Source: Eledone cirrhosa (taxonomy: Eukaryota). From it: a stretch of DNA of 64,000 bases. Location: assembly GCA_964016885.1 (NCBI GenBank), contig OZ024743.1:299150001-299214000 (forward strand), in the 5' to 3' direction. Shown here piece by piece: positions 27,130-41,086 of this stretch (positions are counted from its first letter, which is position 1; the number at the start of each line of letters is the position of its first letter). Below the pieces are notes generated by a model. That model ran no database searches and was not told where the DNA came from. It was given only the letters and a program-made list of their open reading frames with translations. The translations under genes and the position numbers were made by a program.

Positions 27130-28560
27130 ACATGAATTCAACGTTGGTCCTCCTCCCTTCGTGATGAAGTAGTAACAGTAATAACGGAATCTATCTCGGA
27201 TATGGGTGGGGTGTTTCTGTTTATAAGAATGTCTACGTGTGTATTTTCGTTTCGAGGAGACAGAGAAAGGGAGATGAAGAAGGAGAGGCAAAGCTTCGTT
27301 GGGAGTCCTCCTGGCTGTTTTTCATATTGTCTGTTGTTTTTCTTCCTGCCGCTTTTTATTGTGGTGGTGCATTTGCTGCTGTTGTTCCTAGCGTTTTGGG
27401 TGTTACTGTTGATGCTGGTGTTGGTGCTGCAGCTGCAGTCGTTCATTTTCCTATTAAAGATTTCTGCACCTGCCGTGGTTGTTGCCGTTGGTGTTGTTCA
27501 CTGTTGGTGTTGTTTTTGTTGTGGCTTTTGAAGTTCTGCTGCTGGCAGGAAGGGGAACCTGGAGTTCCGTGTTATCTGTTGAGGAAAGAATGCTCTCTAG
27601 TGGCCCATTCCCCGTGCATATGACAACAAGGTTTGTTGCCCACAACAATAATGTGCAACTTTAGCCCTCCTGGATCTTGTGAATGTTATCTGGTTCGATG
27701 TGGAGGAATACTTCCTCACTGATCCTAGATCAGTTTTCTCATCCTTCATCTCGAAGAGGGTATTGATTCTTTCTAGGACGAGGCAGGCCAATATCCTCCA
27801 GATATTCCCCTGTGGTGTGATCCCGGAAATCTTGGTCCTTATATTTCTTTATCCCAGATGAGATGGATAGAGAATATATTTAGTGCTCCTATGGAGTTCC
27901 ACTAAGTGTTTACCGGCGAGGGTTGAGCACTGAAATGTCTGCATACAGTTTGGCACTTGCGATATGCTGTATGGCGAGTAGTATCTTTCTCAGTGCTCTT
28001 TCTACGCCAGACACATTTGCTGTCTCCGGTCGATTTGTGTTTGTAGATATGCATCTATATAAATTTTTTTCATATATCTTTCAACACCTCGACGTGAGAT
28101 GGCTTCGTCAGCGAATAGCTTTTCTAAATTGATCAGTTTGCTCGCTTGGGACAAACATGTTTCTTAGTTAAAAATCTTTATATTAAACAGTTCTGCATCT
28201 ATTGCTGCAAAAGTATGTTTGTTATTGTTGTTGCCATTTATGTTGCCGTTATTGTCTGAGTTACGGATATTTTTGTTTTATTATTTCTGTAGTATTTTTG
28301 TTGTTGCAGTAGTGGTGGTAGCAATGTTCGTTTTAGTATTGTTGCTGATTTTTTGTGTTCTTTGTATTTTGTATTTCATGAAGGTGGTGTTGACATTTTA
28401 AAGGGGGAATATGTATCATAATTTTCCCTTGCAGTTTTGTTGTTGCTGTTGTTGCTGCTGTCATTCGGTTCTACAGTTTCACTTTTCCATCCTGTGGACA
28501 ATCGGCTGTTCTATCTTACGGACGTAACAATCTTTATCCTTAATCTTATTTTTCAGAAAC
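27130..28560 (-). pseudogene. Degraded gag-like ORF1 (L1/Tx1-like) remnant
   Basis: Minus strand near 27665-27580 reads LHIIVVGNKPCCHMHGE/MGH..., a frameshifted CCHC knuckle-like motif. Flanked by low-complexity Q/T/K-rich coding-like sequence. Confidence 0.4.
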
Positions 28561-28764
28561 AATGAGCGGCGTGTTTGGAAAACATGTACAGGTTTTTCCA
28601 CTAAAAGCTACAGGTAGAGAAAAACTAATCACCCACGAAGATACTGATTGATTTTAATATAAAGCAATATCAAATGTTGGATAATAATGGAATGATAACA
28701 AACTTACGGTAGTGATCTGTAACAAGTGACGATAAACGCTCGAACAAAATATTAATAAGAGAAA

Positions 28765-28946
28765 CAGCAGCAACAAAAACTACTAGTACTACTACTACTA
28801 CTACTACTACTGCTGCTACTACCACCACCATTGTCACTACTAATACTACTACTGATGCTGCTGCTGCTACTACTACTACTACTACCACCACCATTGTCAC
28901 TACTACTACTACTAATGCTGCTGCTGCTACTGCTACTGCTACTACT
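28765..28946. repeat. Compound (CTA)n/(CTG)n/(CCA)n trinucleotide repeat
   Basis: The block ctaccaccaccattgtcactacta occurs twice inside the tract. Confidence 0.9.
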
Positions 28947-29574
28947 TTCAAATGTTTCACTCAAACTTCTATCGTATCATTAGGTGTGCTACTATGCTCC
29001 CCAGGCGCGCACTTGTTTGTCTTTGTTCTCAGTTTTAATTCATTTGCCACTTTCCTGTGAAAGCTCTTCAATTTACATATAATTTGTTATATTGAAGCTA
29101 TACTTTATAACTGGGTGGCAAGTGTACTTATAATTATTATCTTAATTCTATCGTATGGATATAATTTAATGTTTATGTTTCAATCCCTACATTAATGTGC
29201 CTGTTTTTATAGTAACTTTAGCACAATTTCCATTCCCTTACCCATTTATATACGTTAAATGAATTCAGGAATAATTTTAATAGGCTCTTCACTTGGGTAT
29301 TGTGCGTTGCAAATAGTTTTACGTCATCCATAAAGAGGAAACGGTTTATGATTTTTCCGTAACACTTATAAATATTGGTGGTTTCTTTCATGAAGTTTAT
29401 TGAAGTCAGAACATAGAAGACTTTCTGAGAGATCCATATTTATATGGTCAGAGAATTGTTTAAAATATTTTAACTTTGTCCTACAACGGTATCATTGTGT
29501 GTTTGTATTGACATGACATTCCTTCGGAATAATATATTATAATAGAACTACTATATCTATATGATTTGTCACCA

Positions 29575-29765
29575 ATATTGTTTCTACTATTGGCACAAGG
29601 CGAGCAATTAAATAAGTGCATTACTTGTACTTTATTTTATCGACCCCGTAAGGATGAAAGGCAAAGTTAACCTCGGCGGGATTTGAACTCAGACCGTAAT
29701 GGCTGTAACTTGATGCTGCAAAGCATGACGTCCAACCCACTACCGATACTGCCAATCCACCACCA
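29575..29765 (-). mobile_element. Full-length tRNA-derived SINE (Meta-like core)
   Basis: Aligns end to end with 6859-7049 and 46013-46204. Confidence 0.85.
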
Positions 29766-30779
29766 ATATTTAAGTATGTCTTTGGCTACAAAATATATTT
29801 CCGAATTCAACCCGTGACATCATATGATTTTATTGTTTCCTTTTCTGTCCTTTGATAATTAACCAGTTAACCAGTAGCTGCTACATACAATCGTATTTCT
29901 GCTCCTTTGGCAAGATATTTTGCAGGTGGGCATCGAGCTTTTAATTGAGTACAGTTGTAGATGTTTACTATGTTACTGGCAAAAACGTTAAAGTCTTATA
30001 GTTTTGGGGATCTCATGTCATTTTACTTTAGGAAATAAATACTTTTTTCCCGATCTACTAAACATCAATACCTTCCTTCTGGTTTGCTAATTCTTTGAAT
30101 GATGCTGAATTACTTGATAATTATGACTTCTTACTAGTCTTAAATTATTGTGTACGTTCAATACATATTCGAGTGATATATACGTTAGTGATATATACGT
30201 TTAGTGATTTGATTTAATTTGGTATTTTTAATTATAATAAGAGCACTCTAAAACTGGTTGTAGAGCCATGTAATGCTATTCTATAAATTGTGTATATGTG
30301 AATGTCATATGTATATAGTTGCTTGTATCTTTTAAAAATAATTTCCAGAAGAATTATCCATATAGACGTTTATATTTTCCGGCTCCACATCCTCCGTATT
30401 CGCAGATCTATATATTTGTATAATTTTTCTATTTCTGTTTCAGATACGTTATTAAATGTTGGGCCCAATATTCTGATTAAAATGAAATTCAGTTAGGTTT
30501 GTCGATATATGCATTGTTTCGATATATTAATATCACTTGCTTAATTAACAATTTAGTTACATTTTTAGTGTCAATTCTTTTCAAAGTACAATGGTTAGTC
30601 ACCAGGATATTAACCTCCAAATATTGAAAGATAAGGTAAAAGTGGAGATGTTATTTTGTTTCACTTTGCGTTTTCTAATCATTTTATTTTCAAATTGCAT
30701 TGTACTCTGCTTTTAAAACAATTTCACAGACATTCGTTTTTATGCATGTATGTATGTGTATATTATGTACGTATGTATG

Positions 30780-33700
30780 TCTTCAGGTTTTATAATTTCA
30801 CAAATTGTTGCCAATAGAGAGAGAGCCGGTTCCTAACATAGATACAAGACTCTCTCATTGGAATTTACACAACATCAACTAGGTAGATTATGTATGCATG
30901 CTTGCATGCATGCATGTGTAGATATGGTTGTTATTGTATGTGTGGATGTGTATGTTTTGAGTTATATGTGTGCCTGTGCATATGCTTTGCATCTGTACAT
31001 GTGTACATGCAGTTATTAGATGCAGAATTTCTGGAATGTTTTACATATTCTTTACTGTTCCATTAATGGATTGTACTTGTAATTTCCTAACTAGTCGTGT
31101 TCTTTCTGTTTCTGTGAAGCCCAACTTCTCAAGGTATTTACTAACATATCCCAGTGCCCGAAAATTACAGGTATAACACTGAAGGTATAGTCAGGGTGGA
31201 GTATCTGTAGATTTCTCATTAGTTCTGTACAGATATTCTCCTTTTCACTAATCTCTTTAATATTATATATGTGTATATCTTCCAGATTGCAGTAACTTTT
31301 AATGTGTCTATTGTCGGGGCTATATCATGCGACTACATCATGCCTCATAGGCAGATAGTACCGTGATAACATATTTGGATAGCAGCGTATGACATGGGTG
31401 ATATCTTCGATGTTAATTCTGCAGAGAGTCTGCACTTGTCACATCTAGGTGTTTTGCCTACATCCCTATCTCTTTTGCGAATCAGGTATTTTGTGTTGAT
31501 GTCCTGTTCTTGGATTGAAAAAACGTATCCTTCAAAGTGGGGGCAAATGTAGCGGTTGTTGATAGACTACTTTGTTTATCTATATTACTCTCACTTTAGA
31601 GCTTCCTGGCAACATATCCATGCATGATTTTTGGTGATAAGTATGCAGCTCTTAATCCATGGATTCACTGCGGTGCTGCTGGGCGATTACCCTAGGTGTG
31701 AGCTTTTGATTATCATGTAGGGAGTATCTTTCAATGAGCTCCTTTCCAACTCTCATGATCTTATCTGGCTCATCTAGACAGACTTGCTCAATAGATAGGC
31801 TCCTGCTTCGAGGTTCGTAAGTGTTATTAGAGGGATATCATGCGACATTCAAATGCGGTCTGGGCTGATTTTAGGCCTCTGCTTCCGTGCTTACGTTCCA
31901 AGTAGAGGCGGTATATATCACTGTTGATGTGGAAAGTTCCGGTGTTGTTTAGAATTTTTAGAATTTTAACATCAATTGCTCGGATTTCGTCTATCGTCCA
32001 ATCGAGTATTCCAAACGTTGGTATTAGGATAGACACAGCAAACACATTGTGAGCCAGTTTTATTGTGTGCAGAGAGTTCCGATGACCATATTTTTCTTAA
32101 TCGGGTGTGATATTACAAATACTATTATAGGATATGTTCACATCTATCCCCAGGTATCTTTAGCAGTCCTCATCAGATATCGGTGAAACAGTTAGGCCAT
32201 TGATAAAAATGTTGCTAGATTGGGTTGTAGTTTTTCCCCGCTTTACAGTCATATATGAACATTTATCTTGGACAAACTCCATTCCTCTATCCTTTGAGAA
32301 TGTTGTAACTTTGAGAATGTTGTAATCGGGTGTAATATTTCCTGGTTACGCATTTCTTATATACAAATACCTTTATAGGATATATTCTCATCCATCCCAA
32401 GGTATCTGTAGCAGTCCTCATCAGATATCGGTGAAAATTGAGAAAAATGTTTCTAGATTGGGTTGTAGCTTTTTCCCACTTTACAGCCATATATGAACAT
32501 TTATCTTGGCCAAACTCCATTCCTATATCCTTTGAGAATGTTGTAACGAGGTCAACATTTTTTTTCCTTCCCTCTATGTTCTCGGCATAGAGTTTCAGGT
32601 TACCCACAAAGAAATTATGGATAAAGTTAGTATTTCTGTTCTCCTGTGAGGCAATGATGTATCCTTCACATTTCATGAGCAGAAAGGACAAGGGGTTTAA
32701 TGACAGGATAAATAGTAGCACAGAGAGACTGTCTCCTTGAAATATACGCCTGTGGTATTCTATTTTATCAGTGAAAATATAGTCCCCCTTCTCTGTTTTT
32801 AACTTTAATAGCCCAAGAAGAAGACAGCTTGTCTATGGCTCTAACAATAATGCCTGGGACTTTAGCAAGTCGGAGGGCTCTATCATCCAAGAATGGAGAA
32901 TAGAATCGAAAGCTCTCCTGTAGTCCAGCCAGGCTGTAGTCATATTCCTCCTAAGTTGTCGCACCTCCGACTTCACAGTTTTGTTGATTAGGAGTGGTTC
33001 AGCACGCCCCCAAACACCTTTCTTTCCAGCTGCTTGTTCATCTGTGATGATGTTATTATTTTCAAGGTGATCTTGGAGAAATAGGTTCAGGCAGGCTGTA
33101 TACATCTTATATATTAAGTTCTGGCATGCAATGGGTCGGGAATTTTTTTTCAAAATGGGTGTCTTTGTTTTGGGATCTGTATTGTTTGTGCTAATGTCAA
33201 CCATTCTGGTATATGTATATGTGAATCTCCCTTGAGAACTTGTTTGTAGAGGTCGATAAGATAAATCCGATATAATATCATTTTTTTGTTCCAGCAACCG
33301 ACAATCCAGTCTCTTCCTGGTGTTTTCTTATCTTGGAGGTTTCCTATCACAGTCTCAAGGGTATCCTCATTTATTTCATATGTTTTTGTTGTAGTGTAGG
33401 AGCAATAGTTTTTTTGGATTTCTTTTAGCTACATTGCATCTTGGTTGAAATTCTTCTTTTCACCCCATATGTTTTTCCACAAGGAATCTATGGCTTTCTG
33501 GGCTGGGAACTCAGTGACATTTATTACTTTGCCCTTCATATCTTTATAGACTGGTATTTGTTTTCGTCTGAATCTTTTATTAAGTACTTTGAGGGTGATC
33601 AGCTTATATTGAAGAGTTCTGGTTGTACTGTCATCACACATTGTTTCTATTTTATTTTTCACTCTTTGTTGGTGAGGAGTGAAGTTTGTTTTGTTTTTGT

Positions 33701-34980
33701 TTGCATGTAAGGAGCATTGTCACATATCCTATAGTTTCTCGTAGGTCAGCAATCTTTTTTTTCTATTTTAGTTATATATGATGGTATTTTTGTGGTGTTT
33801 TGTTCTTGTTAATATCTCTGCTATCATCAATATAATGATTCACTGTGGTTGCTAGGGTATATAAACAGGCGCTGATTTCCCAAAATGTGGGTTTTTAATC
33901 CGTTGTAAATTTTCACCCTCCATTTCGACGTAAAATTTTATTATTTGGTTTTATTTTATTTAGTATTATGGTTTTATTACGTTCAGTAAGAGAAATGTTT
34001 ATACATGAATTAATTTCTCTCTGGAAGATTTCGTTGAAGGAAAATTTCAATTCTTTATACTTTTGATTATTATTATCAATAGTGTTTTTCACAACAGTCG
34101 AGGCAGATTCAGATGGTACACATGGTGTCAAATTTCTAACGGGCATAGTTGTTTCAAGGCTCTATTCAGCCTGGCTGCTAGGAAGTCTAGTAGTATGGCG
34201 ACCTGTAGCAGGTGTTGCTCATTCCATGTTTGTTCTGGGGGACTTACGATTAATAATATTTATCTTATTTTAACTTTAACAAACGTCGCTTGTTGGCGTA
34301 ATTGTTTGGCTGTGAAGTGATTTAGCTCTGGCTGTATTTCGTCCCAGTATAGCTTCATTCTGTTCATAGACCACGGACGTTTTTTTTCGCTATTTTATAA
34401 TAATTAAATAAATCATCATTAAGATCGCAACTCCAAGAGAAATACGATTTATATTTTCGGTTTCTTCTTTTGTTTACTGTTCTCATTGATTTTCTCACTG
34501 ATTTTCTTCGGTAAATTATTTTCGTTCCTTGTGTTCAGTAAATTGTTATTGTTGATGTTGTGTCCAAACATCCTATTTGTAGCAAATCCTTGTAAAATGA
34601 ATTATGTATTTAGTCGGATATCACTACGAATTCGAATAAAAGGTGTCTTCAGTAGATATAGCTACAAGAATATCCAGTTATTCATCACGATGGTAGTCGT
34701 GGCATTACTGTCGGAGATAATATTCATATTGAATTTAATGAATAGTTCCCCACGCCAAAATGTGCGACTGATCGCGTTGACTGACTCAGTAGTTACCGAT
34801 GATGTTGATCTTTTCTTCTTTTCGGGTTATAGCTACTGTCGCTCAGGGAGTGGGATTGGCTCAGAACACAGTCTTTCTTCACATTAGAAAATAACTTCAC
34901 GCACAGGCATTGCACGATAGAATTAATTAATAATGGTATATCGTGCAATGGCCATACTCGATAACGAGAGGGCAGCTATC
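30780..34980 (-). mobile_element. R4/Dong-type RLE LINE, near full length but degraded (copy 2)
   Basis: Motifs KTPGRDWI, RPIACQNLIYKMYT, EQAAGKKG, WLDYRRAFDS, IFQGDSLS, NLKLYA, DIGMEFGQDKC, RLYLERKHGSRGL and the CCHC/RHD region. Internal ~220-bp tandem duplication (32095-32545). (ATGT)n at both ends. Confidence 0.9.
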
Positions 34981-35054
34981 ATGTATGTATGTATGTATGT
35001 ATGTATGTATGTATGTATGTATGTATGTATGTATGTATGTATGTATGTATGCAT

Positions 35055-36489
35055 GTTCTTCTGGTTTTATAATTTCACAAATGTTTGCCAACAGAGAAAG
35101 AGTCGGTTTCTAACATAGATACAAGACTGTCTCATTGGAATTTACACATCATCAAATAGGTAGATATGTATGCATGTCTGCATGCATACATGTGTGTGCA
35201 GGTATGGATGTTATTGTATGTGTGGATGTGTATGTTTTGAGTTATATGTGTGCATGTGCATATGCTTTGTATATGTAAAAGTGTGTATTCAGTTATTAGA
35301 TGCAGAATTTTTGGAATATTTTATATATTTTTACTGTTCCATTAATGGATTGTACTTGCAATTTCCTAACTAGTTGTGTTTTTTCTGTTTCTGTGAAGCC
35401 CAGCTTCTCAAGAATTGTATTGAGACAGTTACTAATATATCCCAGTGCCCCAATAATCACAGGTATAAATCTGAAGGTATAATGAGGGTGGATTATCGGT
35501 AGATTTTTCATTAGTTCTGCATAAATATTCTCCTTTTCGCTAATCTTTGATATTATATTGGCATCTCTGTTGGGCAGCTAACCTCCACTACTGTGCATGC
35601 CTTTTTTTCCCTGTCCGATATCATTATATCTGGTCTGTTATGCCTGAATTTTATTGGGGTTTTTACTGGAACATCCCACCAGTACTCTTTCATATTATGT
35701 ATGTGTATGTCTTCCACATTGCTGTAGCTTTTAATATGTTTATTATCGGGGCTATCTTTTCTACGGATTGGATTATACAATGTTTTGGCCACTACATCAT
35801 GTCTCATAGGTAGATAGTACCGTGAAGACATCTTTAGACAACTGCTTATGACATGGATGACATCTTCGATGTTAATTCTGCAGTCTGCACTTGTCACATC
35901 TAGTTGTTTTGCCTGCATTCCTATCTCAATTTTTGAATCAGCTATTTTGTGTTGATTTTCTGTTCTTGTTCTCAAATGCTGTCTGGGCTGATTTTAGGCC
36001 TCTGCCTCCCTGCTTACGTTTCAAGTAGAGGCGGTCTATATCACGGTTGATGTGGAAAGTTCCGTTGTTGTTTAGAATTTTTAGAATTTTAACATAAATT
36101 GTTCGGATTTGGTCGATTGAGTATTTCGAACGTTGGTGTTAGGATAGGCACAGCAAACACATTGTGAGCCACTGTTTTATTGTGTGCAGAGAGTACCGAT
36201 GACCATCTTTTTCTTAATCGGGTTTGATATTACAAATACCATTATAGGATATGTTCACATCTATCCCCAGGTATCTGTAGCAGTTCTCATCAGATATCGT
36301 TGAAACAGTTAGGCCATTGATAAAAATGTTGCTAGATTGGGTTGTAGTTATTTCCCACTTTACAGTCATATATGAACATTTATCTTGGCCAAACTCCATT
36401 CCTATATCTTTTGAGAATGTTGTAACCAGGTCAAGATTTTTCTTAATCGCATCTATGTTCTTGGCATAGAGTTTCAGATCATCTACAAT
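35055..36489 (-). mobile_element. R4/Dong-type RLE LINE, 5'-truncated (copy 3)
   Basis: Begins at VDDLKLYA. Contains CRINIEDVIHVISSC, RHDVVA and NRPDIMI...VVEVSCP (PD..E endonuclease). Pure (ATGT)n on both sides. Confidence 0.92.
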
Positions 36490-36639
36490 GTATGTATGTA
36501 TGTATGTATGTATGTATGTATGTATGTATGTATGTATGTATGTATGTATGTATGTATGTATGTATGTATGTATGTATGTATGTATGTATGTATGTATGTA
36601 TGTATGTACGTATCTATCTATCTATCTATCTATCTATAT

Positions 36640-39600
36640 CCTCTTATTTTAACTTTTCAGCATCAACATGGCCAATATAAGAGTTGGATGTGTGAATGTA
36701 CGCGGCCTGGGGATGCCCGGGAAACAGGGCAAACTCTTAAACGACCTCAGGTCGCACAGTGTGGATGTAGTAGCCATTTGCGAGTCCATAATCCACAGCG
36801 AGCGACAACTGGCCTCCCTCGTCGACGACTTTGAGATCTACGCATCTCTCTGTTAGCCGGAAGGTGGGGGTGGGGTTGCCGTTTTGCTGCGGAAACACCT
36901 GGACCTCGTAACACAGACGGTATATCTGGACCCGGAAAGTCGACTGGTGGCCCTAGACGTTGACGGTAGTGAAGGTGCAGCCTTCAGGCTGGTGGCCGCA
37001 TATGTCCCATCCGGTACACCGCGGCCAGACTTCTTCAAACGTCTAGAGACTTTTCCGGGAACGTCCCGCTCCCTGCTGTTAGTGGGAGACTGGAATGGAA
37101 TCCTAGATGCACGGAATATGTGGGAGCATGTCCTGATAGAGGGGGGTGTAACAGCCTCAAACAGCTAGTCGGCCGATTTGACCTGGCCGATAGATATCGA
37201 CTAGATTTTCCGACTGTGCCACTGTGGACGTGGACTAATCGTAGCGGAACATCTAGATGGTGCCTAGATAGGGTTTTAGTTAGAAAGAAGGATAGGGACA
37301 TGTTAAGCTGTCCACAAATGTTCATGGTTGCCTATTCAGATCACAAATTAGTGACCTGCTTAGTCAACCTTGACAAAACTCATAGACAGGGACCCGGCTA
37401 CTGGAAGCTGAACTTGTCGTTACCGACATGCAAAGCGTACAGTAGACGGATTAGCACTTTAGTTAAGCATCACTTGACGGGGACCATTGTCAACAACATA
37501 TGGTGGTACTCTCTCAAGAGGGCAGTTAGATTAGACTCGATAGGTTTTAGTAAAGGATTAGTGTTAGATAGAAATAAGACCGAAAAGGAACTGGTAGATA
37601 AAGTAGAAGAGGCACTTAGGAGTGGTAACGTAGCCAGCGTGCTCGCGACGAGAACGGCTTTGGACCAGTTATTTGACGCAAAGCACGAAGGCTGCGTTGT
37701 CAGAAGCAAACTACGTGCTCTGGGAAACGAGGGAGCCAAAGCTGTCAGCTGGGCCCGAGTGACGGAGGTGAAAATTGGCAACAAGTCCACGATTCGGTCT
37801 TTGAAGGACCAAGACAGACGCGTGATACGTGAGCCGAAGCAAATGTGCACGGCCTTTCAGCGGCACTTTGCTCAACTGTTCGGGCAGGGCGGCGCCTCGG
37901 GAGGGGCTATTTCGGTCCATACCTCGACGGCCTACCGCGACTCTCGGACAGCGAGGCGAAGTTCTGCGAAAGGCCGCTGAGATAGGGAACGCGCTGAGCC
38001 AATGCGGCAAACGCAAATCTCCAGGTCTCGACGGTCTATCCTACGAATTTTACGTAGCAATGCCGGACTTGTTCTCCGGTCTCCTGGAAGCGGTCTACTG
38101 CAACTGGTAGCTGAAAGGGAGAATTCCCAGTTCTGTGACCAAGGGCATAATCACGTTAGTCAGGGAGGAAGAGAATAAGGGGGATGACATAGGCAACTTC
38201 CGGCCCATAACTCTGCTCAACACAGAGTTACAGATTTTGGCCAAGGAAGGACCGGTAAAGCTGCTCGGGGTCTGGTTTGGTCCGGACCTCCAGGTGGAGA
38301 CGAACTGCAACGAGGTGACGGCCAAGGTGTTTGCGCTCACACAGAAGTGGGCCGAGTGCAAACTATCCTTGAAAGGTCGAGCGGATGTGGCGAACACTTT
38401 TATATAGTCCGTCATCTACTACCGCTTGACTGTCGTGCCTTGTCCAGCCAAAACGCTCACCAAAATGGAACGCGCGCTCTTCCAATTCCTTTGGAAGGTA
38501 CGGGCTCCTTTGGTGAGAAGATCCATCTGCTGCCAACACCCTTCAAACGAACGGAGGGCTGGAGATGCCGTGGCTGACGATGCGCAAACACGCGCTTAGG
38601 CTGCGGCACCTCCAGTATTCCTCACCAGACAACCGGTGTGGGCCACTTTCGTGTCGCGAGCCTTCCCACGACTCGTCTCGCTGACCGAGCTGCAGTCCTG
38701 GTTCAAGCAAAGACCGAGGAAAATGGGCGACTGGCACATCGAATGTGCTCAGGCGCTCACAGTCCTCTGGCAAAGGGACCCGGCGATCAATGGTGACTCA
38801 ACTTCGACATTCTATAGAGGGTTGGTCCGCAGCAGGTGCGACGACACACTCGGAGAAACTCTAGGCGTAGAGGAGGACGAACTGGCTCGTCTGTTCGGTA
38901 GGGCCTTCCGCCCGGGACCAACGGACAACTTCCCAAAGTCCCTGGCCTGGCAGTGCTACCGAGGAGCTCTACCAGTTCGAGACAAGCTCTACAGACACGG
39001 GCGCTCGGGTAGGGACCCTTCGAAAAAGATCTGTCCGAGATGCGTGCGCGATGAGGAAACCGTCGCGCACGCATTTGTACACTGCCCGGGTGTTACCGAC
39101 TTGTGGGGCTATGTAGAATGACTATTGTCGCGGGTGGGACCAATCCAATTGACCACCGAGTCCATTGTCATGATCAAACCCCCACGCTCCTTCAAAAACG
39201 AGGGAGAGGCGGTTTTCCTACGTGTTATGGCTATTGTGATAGAGGTTATATGGTGGACGAGGTTAAAAAGGCTGAGTTCAGACACCTTTTTCTCCGGCGA
39301 GCAACTGATTCATTTTTTCAAATATCATTTTCGAAGAAGAATAAGGATGGAGAGAGAGGTGCTGTACCCCAGCAAATTTTATAAAAGGTGGGTGAATGTG
39401 GCAAAGATGGCCCGAGTGGTTGGGCCTTCTCTCTATATAAGCCTGTAGGTTGAGTAAAAAGAGGAAGAGAGTACTCACTCTTTGTGCTCCTGTAGATGAG
39501 GGTTGTACATTTTTTCTGGGTGTGTACAACCACTGTGTAACGCCTCCCTCCTATAGGGGATATCAATTGTTATTTGTTATTTTATTAATAGTTTTATTTT

Positions 39601-39672
39601 CATATACCTGTATGTAAACTCCCCATTTGTATTTGTCCCCTTCTTTTGTGCCCTTGTGGCTAATAAATAAAT
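36640..39672 (+). mobile_element. L1/Tx1 element body without ORF1; 3' UTR ends in aataaataaa
   Basis: GC-richer block starting right after (ATGT)n(ATCT)n. Poly(A) signal at ~39662. Confidence 0.85.
36668..39446 (+). pseudogene. L1/Tx1-clade LINE ORF2 (APE - RT with core deleted - CCHC)
   Basis: NVRGL, VGDWNG, LDRVLV, SDH, GYWKLN, KSPGLDG, NFRPITLLN, KLLGVWF and CPRC..EETVAHAFVHC motifs. Several stops and frameshifts. Confidence 0.92.
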
Positions 39673-39831
39673 GTATCTATATAATAAGAAGTTGACGGAC
39701 CCGTCGTATTTAACAATACCAGGACCGGTTGTATTTCAGCGTACTCAATAGATAATGTAGAATACATTCCAGCGTATACACATAGTTATTCGCTTCAACA
39801 CTACACACGTAAACGAGTGCCTATATTAGTT

Positions 39832-39915
39832 CCCGGACTCGAGTTTCGCCCACACTTAATGCAGCAATATATTATACAACAATGCATAATCGGCGCATGT
39901 GGGTTCATCAGCGGG
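39832..39915 (-). ncRNA. Type I hammerhead ribozyme with extended stem II
   Basis: Minus strand cccg-CTGATGA-a-cccacat...gtgtggg-c-GAAA-ctcgag-TC-cggg. GUC cleavage site, palindromic ACTCGAGT stem III. Confidence 0.85.
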
Positions 39916-40513
39916 TATCGCCTAATCAATAACCAATCGATCGACGGAGTTCAATCTCAGCCCATGCCGGCTATGACAATGTGACGGCCGAACAGCAAAG
40001 TGATTAGCAACTGGAACTTAATACAACTCCGTCCCCCGACCAGCCACCGATTTACAAATTTACGTGGTGGCAGGAGATTAGAAAATAAATATTTTCGCTC
40101 CCACCAAAATCTCTGAGCCAAAGTGTCTCAAACACACATTGATAAGATAATGAAATGTTCGTTATTGGAAAAAGCAATCCACACCTTTGCACAGTAGGAT
40201 TGTAGCATTCAGATCTAGTCTCCATGTCCTATGGCGATAGGATGGCGATGGTAACAGTGGTAGGGCCTAGAACCTTTAACGGACATTAAATGCCTCCATC
40301 CACTATACATCGATATAGAGTGGCGTGAGGGTAGCGGCAGTCACGTGCGTAAACCATTCTATCTCACAACTTAAACGATTCAATATGCGAGTGAGAGAAA
40401 AAAAAATAGTAACAGGAATTAGAGCGCATATCAAAACAAAAACACAATAAATATATATATATATCACTGGGGACGACGACCGCGTGCATGGGTTTTTTGA
40501 TAATGCCATGTGC

Positions 40514-40609
40514 TATAGAAATTCTTTCTGGGATGAGGCTCCCTGTAGTGTTTGTGTTTGCTATTGAGAAACACTACAGGGAGCCTCACTCCAGAAAGAA
40601 TTTCTATAG
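40514..40609. repeat. Hairpin with ~40-bp arms, followed by a ~50-bp direct repeat (40598-40648, 40820-40871)
   Basis: ctatagaaattctttctgg...gaggctccctgtagtgttt / aaacactacagggagcctc...ccagaaagaatttctatag. Confidence 0.9.
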
Positions 40610-41031
40610 ACTTCAGACTGAGGAATGCTCTCAAAACTGACCAATGAGAAGTTTGACATTTTTTTGTTATTTTGTTCTTTTACCATCCTATTCCTTCTAC
40701 AACTTTATCAATTTTTTTTAGATAACTCCAACAATAACAACACTATCATCACAATAATTGAGGTCAGATGTACCTAACAATAACAAGAACAACAACTACA
40801 GATTGGCTTGCCTCAGAACGAATTTCTATAGACTTTTGAATGAGGAATGTTCTAACAACTGACCAATGAGAGGAGAAGAGGCCCTTTGACACTGAAATTC
40901 GTTTGTTTGCATTCATATGATTCCAGTTCCTCACTGATATAACAACCCAACCAGGAACTGGGCATATCAGAGTATTGACAAAGATATATACCTCAACAAC
41001 ATATGTACTTGTCTATACCACACTAATTCGG

Positions 41032-41086
41032 ACTGCCTGAAGCGGTCACAGTCAAAGATGGCTGTCACCGAAATATATATAGCAGT
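41032..41086 (+). ncRNA. Type I hammerhead ribozyme (A9C variant)
   Basis: actgc-CTGAAGC-ggtcacagtc/ggctgtcacc-GAAA-tatata-TA-gcagt, followed at once by aataaa. Confidence 0.7.
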
